A stretch of DNA of 23,104 nt, from the NCBI GenBank assembly GCA_963693365.1, contig CAVNZM010000009.1:9599472-9622575 (forward strand), read 5' to 3'. Shown piece after piece: positions 14,985-23,104 of this stretch (its first letter is position 1; the number at the start of each line of letters is the position of its first letter). The stretch is from Amoebidium appalachense. Its lineage: Eukaryota > Protista > Ichthyosporea. Position numbers and translations under genes: made by a program. The notes beneath the pieces are model-generated. The model was not told where the DNA came from. It did not search any database and saw nothing but the letters and a program-made list of their open reading frames with translations.

Positions 14985-15971
14985 CCCACCTAAGTACACT
15001 CTGCACCACCCTAAGTACACTGTGGTGCACAGCCCCACCCTAAGTACACGTCTGCACCACCCTAAGTACACTGTGGTGCACAGCCCCACCCTAAGTACAC
15101 GTCTGCACCACCCTAAGTACACTGTGGTGCACAGCCCCACCCTAAGTACACGTCTGCACCACCCTAAGTACACCTCTGCACCACCCTAAGTACACGTCTG
15201 CACCACCCTAAGTACACCTCTGCACCACCCTAAGTACACCTCTGCACCACCCTAAGTACACCTCTGCACAGCCCTAAGTACACCTCTGCACCACCCTAAG
15301 TACACTCTGCACCACCCTAAGTACACTCTGCACAGCCCCCACCCTAAGTACACCTCTGCACAGCCCTAAGTACACCTCTGCACCACCCTAAGTACACCTC
15401 TGCACCACCCTAAGTACACCTCTGCACAGCCCTAAGTACACCTCTGCACCACCCTAAGTACACTCTGCACCACCCTAAGTACACTCTGCACAGCCCCACC
15501 CTAAGTACACTCTGCACCACCCTAAGTACACGTCTGCACCACCCTAAGTACACTCTGCACAGCCCCACCCTAAGTACACGTCTGCACCACCCTAAGTACA
15601 CGTCTGCACCACCCTAAGTACACCTCTGCACCACCCTAAGTACACGTCTGCACCACCCTAAGTACACCTCTGCACCACCCTAAGTACACGTCTGCACCAC
15701 CCTAAGTACACCTCTGCACCACCCTAAGTACACGTCTGCACCACCCTAAGTACACCTCTGCACAGCCCCACCCTAAGTACACTCTGCACCACCCTAAGTA
15801 CACTCTGCACCACCCTAAGTACCTCTACACCATCCTAAGTACACGTCTGCACAGCCCCACCCTTTAAGTACACGTCTGCACCATCCTAAGTACACGTCTG
15901 CACAGCCCCACCCTTTAAGTACACGTCTGCACAGCCCCACCCTAAGTACACTCAATGTTAAGTACACCTGC
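14985..15971. repeat. Minisatellite of about 22 bp, CTGCACCACCCTAAGTACAC(C/G)T, roughly 40 units with length variants
   Basis: Visible directly; starts with three 51-bp higher-order units. Confidence 0.97.
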
Positions 15972-16030
15972 ACACAAGCACTAGAATAGCCTGAGGCTAC
16001 TCTCTAATAGCGGCCCCTTTTTTCACCGTG

Positions 16031-16779
16031 TCAAGGCCAGTTGATATCTCCGTCTGAAGACTCGGAAGACGCCCCAGAGCTGCTGGCTTCACTGGCTCGT
16101 GCCCTTTTCTGCTGTCCCCGTGTCAAGGTCTTGGACTCGGAAGACGAGTGCTCCTCAGAAGACGAGTACTCCTCAGGTCCCCATAGCAAGGTCTTGAACC
16201 AAGGAGGCACTTCCTCCTGTACCTCCGACCCAGAGCTTTTGACTTCCTCTCGTGTCCTCTTCTGCTGTCTTCGTGGTTTCTCCCGTGTCTTGGACCCCTG
16301 TGTGAAGGTCTTCCAGTTGAACCAAGGAGGCACTGGAGAATGGTGCTCCTCCTCCGACCCAGAGCTTCTGACTTCCTCTCGTGTCCTCTTCTGCTGTCTT
16401 CGTGGTTTCTCCCGTGTCTTGGACCCCTGTGTGATGTGCAAACGTGAGCGCTGCAGGGGCAGGGGGGGCCAAGTCCACGGGATAGGAGCTGCCATGCTCG
16501 CCAGCACGAAGTGCAGGTGCCGCTGCCAGGACAGGGGGTGCCACGGTCAGCGCTGGGGGGTGCCACGGTCAGCGCTGGGGGTGCCACGGTCAGCGCTGGG
16601 GGTGCCACGGTTGCTGCTGTAGTGGTGCGCTTGCTTAAAGCCATGCGGGCGTGCCTAGCAAGGGCGCACGCGAAACGGGTCTGGGTGTCCCGCAGGACCT
16701 TTGCATCCTCCTCCAAAGTCTTGAGTCTTGTCTCTATTTTTTTAGCGCGCCTTTCTAGATCTTTGATGTTAGAACTCAT
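16031..16779 (-). CDS. Hypothetical protein: N-terminal coiled coil (MSSNIKDLERRAKK...), ALTVAPP repeats, duplicated basic/Ser-Glu-rich block; frameshifted, C-terminal frame uncertain
   Basis: ATG 16779 lies below a TATA box. There is an extra G at 16555-16560. The protein ends either at 16173 or, after a second shift, at 16031. Confidence 0.6.
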
Positions 16780-16862
16780 TTTCGTGACAGTTGGATGTAC
16801 GTTGTGTGGCAAGGGAGAAGCTAGCTAACATGGAAAAGGTGTGTGGATTGAAGAGAGTATGG

Positions 16863-16875
16863 GCTTTTATATGCC
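16863..16875 (-). promoter_or_regulatory. TATA box GGCATATAAAAGC with an upstream cluster of CCAAT boxes (about 16910-17110)
   Basis: Identical 13-mer to 13243-13255; at least five GATTGG motifs upstream. Confidence 0.65.
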
Positions 16876-17458
16876 GTGCCCGGCTTTGGCATCAGATGCT
16901 TTATTGCATTAGATTGGTTGGATATACCCCAGCCGCGACGCTTGATTGGATCTAGAGATCGCGTGAATATCTGATTGGCTAATTGTCATTTGGGCATCTT
17001 GGTGTATCCGATAAGTTGGGGCTCAACCAAATCTGCTGACTGATTGATGAATTCTGATTGGATCAACAAGAGCATGTTTTGACTTGAGAATTGTCATTTG
17101 ACAGATTGGATTGTAATCCGATCTTTGCAACTTGGCCGTCAGTGTTTGAACACAATGTATTTTGATGTAGCAACTCCTAAAAAAACACGAATATGCTTCC
17201 CAACAATTACGAGCATTATTCTGTCTATCAGGGATACAAAAATTGGTCAGGAAAAGTACACAATCACATGGTGCTGACTGCTTGAACACGATGTCAATTG
17301 ATAGCGAATCGGTGCACTGCCTGCTGGGAACAACATGTCACTTTTTGAGCAGCACTTAGGAAACTCGCGCTCACGTGGATCCAATACTTATACACCAACC
17401 AGAAGTGTGCGCACAAAAAGGGGTCCGAGCTGGATACAAATGGCTTGGTGTGTGTGTG

Positions 17459-17564
17459 TGCACACGGAGCATGCCTATAGGCTGTTTAGACACCACACGT
17501 GTAGGGCACTGCCTCTTGGCACCAACCAGAAGAGGGTAGAAATCAGTGCCCTGCACACGGGGCA
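17459..17564 (-). repeat. Inverted solo copy (about 1.1 units) of the 92-bp repeat
   Basis: Reverse complement of the array unit with a few mismatches. Confidence 0.95.
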
Positions 17565-17631
17565 ACTGGAAATACATGTTTTAGGGCTCGTAGCCCACCC
17601 AGACAAAATTATTTTCTAGTATAAGATAATA

Positions 17632-19027
17632 ATGATAAACATTGACGAGGCCGCACGTACTTCGTTTCTCAATGTTACGGATGGATTACCGCGCTTTGCC
17701 CCATCAAGCTCCATTGGTTCCTGGTGTGACAAAGATGCCATTATTGCTTTTTTGAGGACAAAGGTAGCTCGCGTTCTAAATAGCAATGTGTATGTGGTAA
17801 AAATCAACAAGGGGAGACGTACCACTTTTGATTTCCAATCCAGGGAGGCAGTCAACGGGACTCTGTCCGCCATGAGATTCACCTATCCGATTGGGAAAAA
17901 AGACGCTGTTTACTTGGGGAAGGACTATCTATGCGAACCCACAATAACATGGTTCAACGACGCTGTTTTTGACCCGGCTGATCTCAAGTGCGAGAAGGAC
18001 GAGAACTACGCCTGCTTCAATACATATGGCGGCATGGCGTTTTCACCTATTGACGGTTTCCGAGTGGACTCACATAAAGTGGGACCCTTTCTCTGGCACC
18101 TACACAACATTATGGCCAACGGTGACCCCATCATGGGCGGGTTTCTTCTTAATTGGATTGCACATATCATCCAGCATCCAGGACAAAAGCCTGATAGTTG
18201 TTGTCTTTTTCAAAAGTGTCCAAGGGACGGGAAAAAACATGTTTTGGAACATATTCAGCAAGTTATTGGGTCCCGCCTTGGTTGTAACCGTGAACAGCAA
18301 ACACCGATTGGTTGGGAATTTCAATGCACACCTCGCGGATAAGCTGCTTGTGTTGGTCGATGAAGTGACCTTTGGGGGGGAACACACAGTCAACAACCAG
18401 CTCAAAAATATGATAACAGACACGACAATGGTTATCGAGCGAAAAGGCATCGACCAAATGGTCCGACGGTCCTGTGAGCGCTACGTGTTTATGTCAAACG
18501 AGGACTGGCCACTGCGTGTTGAAGCCAGCGACCGCCGCTCTGCCTGCTTTGAGGTCTCACCTGCAAAAGTCAACGACACGGCATACTTCAACAACCTCTG
18601 GACACACTATGAGGATCAAGATGCTCTACACCACCTCTTCCAATTTCTGCACCAACACCGTCCTAATGGGAATCCAATCTTGCTTTATCTCTGCCCACCG
18701 AACTCCAAGTTGAAGGAGCGTCTGAAATCGTTTTCCCGATCTGACTGTCTGTCCTTTTTGAAGGATGTTGTCATGGGGGAGGACAGCTGCGAAAGAATGG
18801 CCCTCACCGACGGAAAGTTTGTGACAGCAACCGAGATCCACCTTCATCTTCAAGAGTGGATGCGCTTAAACGGCAAGAACCCGCAGACAGCCAGCCTGCG
18901 ACAAGTGGGCGAATCATGATGCCTCTCGAAGCTTTTCGGGGACAAAGTTAATGGAATGAGTTTGTTTGTCCAAGGGAGGTGTAAGGGGTACCACCACCTA
19001 AATTTTGAGGCCATTTTGATAGGGTGA
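17632..19027 (+). CDS. SF3 helicase of the D5-like primase-helicase/DUF5906 type; frameshift near 18190 and in-frame TGA at 18917
   Basis: LLNWIAHIIQHPGQK, Walker A SVQGTGKN, Walker B LVLVDE, LKNMITD, motif C FMSN, SDRR. The frame stays open for 35 codons past the TGA, to 19027. Confidence 0.88.
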
Positions 19028-19341
19028 GTAGGATGAGTAGCTTGAGTACCTACTCATCTGGTCTCCCCCCGGGTGTTCCAATTTCCTTTTGGATTGAGAT
19101 TTAGGTATACCCGTAGCCCACAGTAGATGAGTACGTACTCATCCTACTCATCCTACTCACTATATGACAATTGCATATTTTTATACCTAAAAAGGAAACC
19201 TTTACCATATTTGGGTGAGTAACATCTAGTGGGGGAAACTTGTCTGTGTTACTCAGAATGAGTACCCTGAGTAAGATATTGTTACTCATGAAACAAATAA
19301 AAAACCATTAATTTTATGCTCAGAGTAACTTGAATTACTCA
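19025..19341. promoter_or_regulatory. Cluster of 14 TGAGTA/TACTCA hexamers with a 35-bp inverted repeat; candidate iteron origin
   Basis: Hexamers at 19025, 19034, 19043, 19051, 19128, 19136, 19145, 19154, 19216, 19250, 19259, 19268, 19283 and 19336. Confidence 0.6.
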
Positions 19342-19384
19342 GGGCAAAGGAAAACGTTGGCTTTTTTATGCCTTAACCTCAACG

Positions 19385-19939
19385 ATGACAGATTCTCGTG
19401 GGTGGAAGTGCAACTGGCCGGAGTGTGGACGGAACTTCAGGCAGAAGGCTCACTTGGAAACCCATCTGCGAAAACACACAGGCACCCTGTTCAAATGTGA
19501 TTATCCGGAGTGTTCAGCTGCATATACAACCCCAGCTTCGTTGTCAACACACATGTGGAAACACAAGTCAGAAAAACCCTTTATTTGCAGCGATTGTGGC
19601 AAGGATTTTATACATCCAAGTTCATATCGTGTGCATAAGAGATCGCATTCTGGCGGGAACTCTTTCAGATGTGATTATATGGGATGCAGCAAATCATACC
19701 GGCACAAGGCCAGTTTGACCGTCCACCAAAGAGTGCACACGGGCGTAAGACCATATTCCTGCCATATCTGCGCTGCCACTTTTCATACTCGATCCTCGTG
19801 GAGTCATCACGAGCGAGCACACAGACAATTGGTCGAAACAAGCAAAGTTGTGGATGGCATTCCACAAAATTTTACCCTTACGTGCTATGTAGGTGGCACA
19901 GGTCTTGGGGAACTCGTGGGCGCGCTTCCCAGGGAGTAG
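19385..19939 (+). CDS. C2H2 zinc-finger protein with five tandem fingers
   Basis: Five C-x2/4-C-x12-H-x3-H units with Kruppel-like linkers (KSEKPF, TGVRPY); intact and intronless. Confidence 0.93.
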   Translation: MTDSRGWKCNWPECGRNFRQKAHLETHLRKHTGTLFKCDYPECSAAYTTPASLSTHMWKHKSEKPFICSDCGKDFIHPSSYRVHKRSHSGGNSFRCDYMGCSKSYRHKASLTVHQRVHTGVRPYSCHICAATFHTRSSWSHHERAHRQLVETSKVVDGIPQNFTLTCYVGGTGLGELVGALPRE

Positions 19940-20181
19940 GTAGATGATCTCGAGGAGGTCACGGAATGAAGCCCCTGGGGTGAGCTTCCCCACTCCATTG
20001 ATGCGAAGTTGGCCTCGCGGGCGAGAAGGGTGGGGGGGATCATTTCTCTGAAAAATCAAATTTGTGTGCGCACACACAAGCATGCGCTCGGACGACACGT
20101 TGGGTGTGGCCCTGCTTATATACGCGTGCTGCACCATCCGGGGCGCAGTCGCACACACACACGCATTGCGCGATACCTGCA

Positions 20182-20700
20182 TTATTCTCTACACTGCCGC
20201 CTATTTTTCTGTACTGATTCATATAACTGCAGCGACAGAATGTCGCACCCCATGTCATGCCAAAGGAAGTCCTTCAAAAAGTCGATTCGCAGAAGGGTTG
20301 TTCGTTTTCTCTTTGCCTCCATGGGGACCGCACGTCCCTCGCCCATGCCCTCCTCCTCCGTCGGATCCCTCGGTGGCAGCAGCGACAGCGTGGTGTCCCA
20401 GCGCTCCCAGGTCAGCCGAAACGACTTGCCCCAATCCAGGTCGATGGTCACCGCATCCCCGGCCCCCTCCAGTGGACACGTCGAAAACACCAGGTGGTTG
20501 AGTCCAGTCCTGTTCGACGTTTCCACCGACTGCAGCGGCAGCATCGTGTCCGACAGCATCGTGTCGCCCTTGCCGAGTCTTGCGTGGAGCTGTAGCGGCC
20601 GGCTTGCCACCCTCCCGGCGCCGTTCGAGTCGAACGTCATGTTGGATACAAGCAGCGACAGCCGATTGACAAATAGCTTCAGGTCCTGCTCAAAAGCCAT
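20182..20700 (-). CDS. Hypothetical globular protein, 172 aa (MAFEQDLKLF...)
   Basis: Complex ORF; GTATAAAAGC about 50 bp upstream (20751-20760, minus strand). Confidence 0.6.
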   Translation of the reverse strand: MAFEQDLKLFVNRLSLLVSNMTFDSNGAGRVASRPLQLHARLGKGDTMLSDTMLPLQSVETSNRTGLNHLVFSTCPLEGAGDAVTIDLDWGKSFRLTWERWDTTLSLLPPRDPTEEEGMGEGRAVPMEAKRKRTTLLRIDFLKDFLWHDMGCDILSLQLYESVQKNRRQCRE

Positions 20701-20779
20701 GGTCGGTTCTGGTGCAGATTCAGACTGGCAGCTCCCCGTGTCAGACACACGCTTTTATACCCTCCAGAGTCCCCGCCTG

Positions 20780-21130
20780 CGTCAACGCACACTCATTCGC
20801 AAGGTGCCAGTTCTCGAGGCGCTGCATGACCACGAGTGCGCGCTTGCGTGTTTCGGTGTGTGTGTACGTGGGCCCGAATCGGAGTGTGAGGTGCTGAGCG
20901 AGCGCTGTTGCACAAGCATGTGGACCGCAGGTGTGCGACCGGGAGACATTGTGGTGGCGTGCGAGATCAAGCGCGCAGAATCAGGGTGGCGCAAGGTGTC
21001 CCTCGAGCTCGAGGAGGGTGCGTGGACCAGCAACCTGTGCGCGGCTGGGTGCAAGCGGAGAAAGTGGTTTCACAGGGGTTGTGCAGGGCAAGCGCCCAAA
21101 ATTTTGGGGTAGAGGTCATGCCAAAACAAG
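20780..21130 (+). pseudogene. Cys-rich, PHD-finger-like fragment
   Basis: DIVVACE...C..RKWFHRGCAG resembles the PHD core. A stop comes before the last Cys and there is no clear start. Confidence 0.3.
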
Positions 21131-21255
21131 GAGGTCAGTCCAAAAAGAGGGGTCACAGACGTGCAAGGAAGTACGTGTTTGCCAACGAGTTCATGCCAAA
21201 ATACCGGAGGCTGGCCCTTCGACAAATTGTGCGAGTAAAGCGAAAAACGCACTGA
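21118..21255 (+). CDS. Small basic peptide, 45 aa, 16 Lys/Arg
   Basis: MPKQGGQSKKRGHRRARKYVFANEFMPKYRRLALRQIVRVKRKTH, from the internal ATG of ORF 20908..21255. Confidence 0.35.
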   Translation: MPKQGGQSKKRGHRRARKYVFANEFMPKYRRLALRQIVRVKRKTH

Positions 21256-21341
21256 GATTTATTCTGTCGACATCGATGTTGGAAAAATCACATACCATTA
21301 TGCACATAACCACCGACCCGAATTTACCCCTAAAGTTTGAC

Positions 21342-21449
21342 AACCCGAGATTACATCAATGACAAATATACAAGTGATCGAACCCGAGATTACATCAATG
21401 ACAAATATACAAGTGATCGAACCCGAGATTACATCAATGACAAATATAC
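21342..21449. repeat. 39-bp tandem repeat, about 2.8 copies
   Basis: AACCCGAGATTACATCAATGACAAATATACAAGTGATCG starts at 21342, 21381 and 21420. Confidence 0.95.
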
Positions 21450-21519
21450 GATTCTACAACAACCCCGAATGAATTCTATCACTTGAAAGCACTGGCATGG
21501 CATGACCGTAGCGCCATTC

Positions 21520-21710
21520 GATTGGATATCTCGCTAGATTACGCCTCACGCGCTGATTGGTCAGCCGCGATTGGATCGTAAATATAAATTCCGATTGGAT
21601 CGTGTGGTTACATCTCATGGTAAGTCAATTTTGATTCCATCAGATAAATCATGTCCATCCAATCAAAACGCGACAGCTGTCAGCCTTGCCCTGCCTGGCA
21701 GGTATAAAAT
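21520..21710 (+). promoter_or_regulatory. CCAAT-box cluster plus TATA box (GGTATAAAAT at 21701)
   Basis: Four GATTGG and one CCAATC, then a TATA about 60 bp upstream of ATG 21768. Confidence 0.6.
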
Positions 21711-21767
21711 GCCGCGACTCAGCGCTATGCTGACACTTTCCACTCTTCCTGTTTTTCTTCACCAACA

Positions 21768-22245
21768 ATGTCCGGCACACCATCTGCAAAGGCCGGCCCT
21801 GACCCAGCCGGGCAGCCTGCCAGTCCACGGCCCCCAGGGTCATTTGCCACGTGGCCTCCCGAATGGCAGCAGTACCTGTACGAGGAGGCAAAGCGTGACC
21901 GCTACCGTGCGCGCGCCAGCGAGCGGGAGATGCAGCTCAAGTACAAGTTGCTGCACAAGAAGTACAAGCGCCTCAAGACCAGCGTGAGCCTGTACCGTAT
22001 GACATGGAGGAGCCTGAAGAACCTCAGCGACCCCGAGACCTCCGCCGAGGAGTCCCCCACCGAGGAGCGCCCCATTCGCATCTTGAGCTCCGAGGAGGAG
22101 CGCCTCCACAAGAAGCCCCCCCGAGAAGAAGCGCGCGCGGTCTCCCGAGGACACTTCGGCGCCCACCGAGAAGAAGCGCGCGCGGTCGCCCGAGGACACT
22201 TCGGCGCCCACCGAGAAGCGCAGCCGTGCTGGACACGAGGAGTAA
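21768..22245 (+). CDS. Hypothetical protein: basic coiled coil, acidic linker, likely (EKKRARSPEDTSAPT)x2 tail after a +1 shift in a C7 run
   Basis: ORF 21768..22403. Removing one C at 22116-22122 gives NLS-like repeats and a TAA at 22243 overlapping AATAAA. Confidence 0.65.
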
Positions 22246-22658
22246 ATAAAAATTGCCACTTCCTCTTCCACACCTGTGTTGTGGACCGTAGCGCTTGCAT
22301 GCATGGTGCTGCTCGTGCTGCTTGCCGCGTGCTGGCGCTCAGGGGGGGGGGGGGGGGGGGTCTTGTTGTTTGTGTTAATGCACCCACAGCGTGCCCTTTG
22401 TGACACTTGCAGTGGGTTGTTGTTGTTGCCTTTTACAACCACCGCTCTGGACACAAGATCGAACAGCTATCAAATTGACCATATATATGATAAAGAAAAA
22501 CAAGGTTGCCAAAGATCATTGTAGCAGTGCGTCCTCCGTCTTGGCGCGCCCTACGTCCCAGCGGTTTTTAGGTTCCATTAGCACTGCGATGCATAATGTC
22601 TGTGTGTGCTCCCCGAGTTGCTGGGGAGGGGGCGCTCCAAAGTATCTCTTCGGAAGGT

Positions 22659-22913
22659 ATGACTTCTCCGAACATTGCAAACCTGAGATTTGACAACCCG
22701 AGTAACTCGTGGTTGCGCAGGGATGACATTGCCGCCGACCCGCACGAGTACCACCTGACCATCGACAACAACACGCGCTTCATGCTCTACATGGGCACTT
22801 CATTGGACGACCATGATGCACAGCTCAAGTGCGCTTCGATGTGGAGGGGCATAGCGCTTCCATGCATGGTGCTGCTCGTGCTGCTTGCTGGCGTGCTGGC
22901 GTACAGGTGGTAG
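22659..22913 (+). CDS. Small protein, 84 aa, with a C-terminal transmembrane segment
   Basis: Ends GIALPCMVLLVLLAGVLAYRW*; GC-rich third codon positions. Confidence 0.5.
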   Translation: MTSPNIANLRFDNPSNSWLRRDDIAADPHEYHLTIDNNTRFMLYMGTSLDDHDAQLKCASMWRGIALPCMVLLVLLAGVLAYRW

Positions 22914-23104
22914 GGGGGGGTGGGGGTGGGGGTGGGGTTCTCAGGTGGGCTGGTTGTTGCAGTGGTTGAAGCTGTTGAACCGTTGAGGCTGGGTGGGTCA
23001 ACCCATACACACACAGACCTATCCCACTTCTCTATTGAATACCCCACCTTCAACAGCTTCAACAGCTTCAATTCTTCAACAAGGGTATGAAAGGAGCAGG
23101 CATG

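Noticed and set aside
14868-15601. ORFs within the 22-bp array
   Set aside because: Repeat translations; unit lengths do not preserve frame.
14985-15971. True telomere or chromosome end
   Set aside because: It is internal, and CCCTAA is embedded in longer units rather than tandem.
13850-22125. Programmed ribosomal frameshifting
   Set aside because: The shifts sit in homopolymers or repeat units and differ in size, so error or decay is the simpler explanation.

Overview
Eukaryotic DNA in two sharply different halves. The left half (about 1-11.1 kb) is full of (CA)n/(TG)n and poly-C/G runs. Inside it I can reconstruct a spliced minus-strand Plavaka-type (CACTA/EnSpm-related) transposase: 7 exons with GT-AG boundaries and matching phases, about 695 codons. 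Its 5' part is missing, and an inverted, frameshifted copy of one of its own exons sits at the break. The right half (11.1-23.1 kb) is nearly microsatellite-free and looks like a virus- or Polinton-like replicon. It has a 409-bp GC-rich palindrome, a 92-bp tandem array with an inverted solo copy 4.4 kb away, two convergent intronless coiled-coil/repeat genes with an identical TATA 13-mer separated by a CCCTAA-containing 22-bp minisatellite, a D5-like/DUF5906-type SF3 helicase followed by 14 TGAGTA iteron-like repeats, a 5-finger C2H2 protein and several orphan ORFs. I recognised no capsid, DNA polymerase or integrase. Several genes have frameshifts, some in homopolymer runs, so decay and long-read error cannot be separated. 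Family calls come from motif recognition by eye, not from searches.
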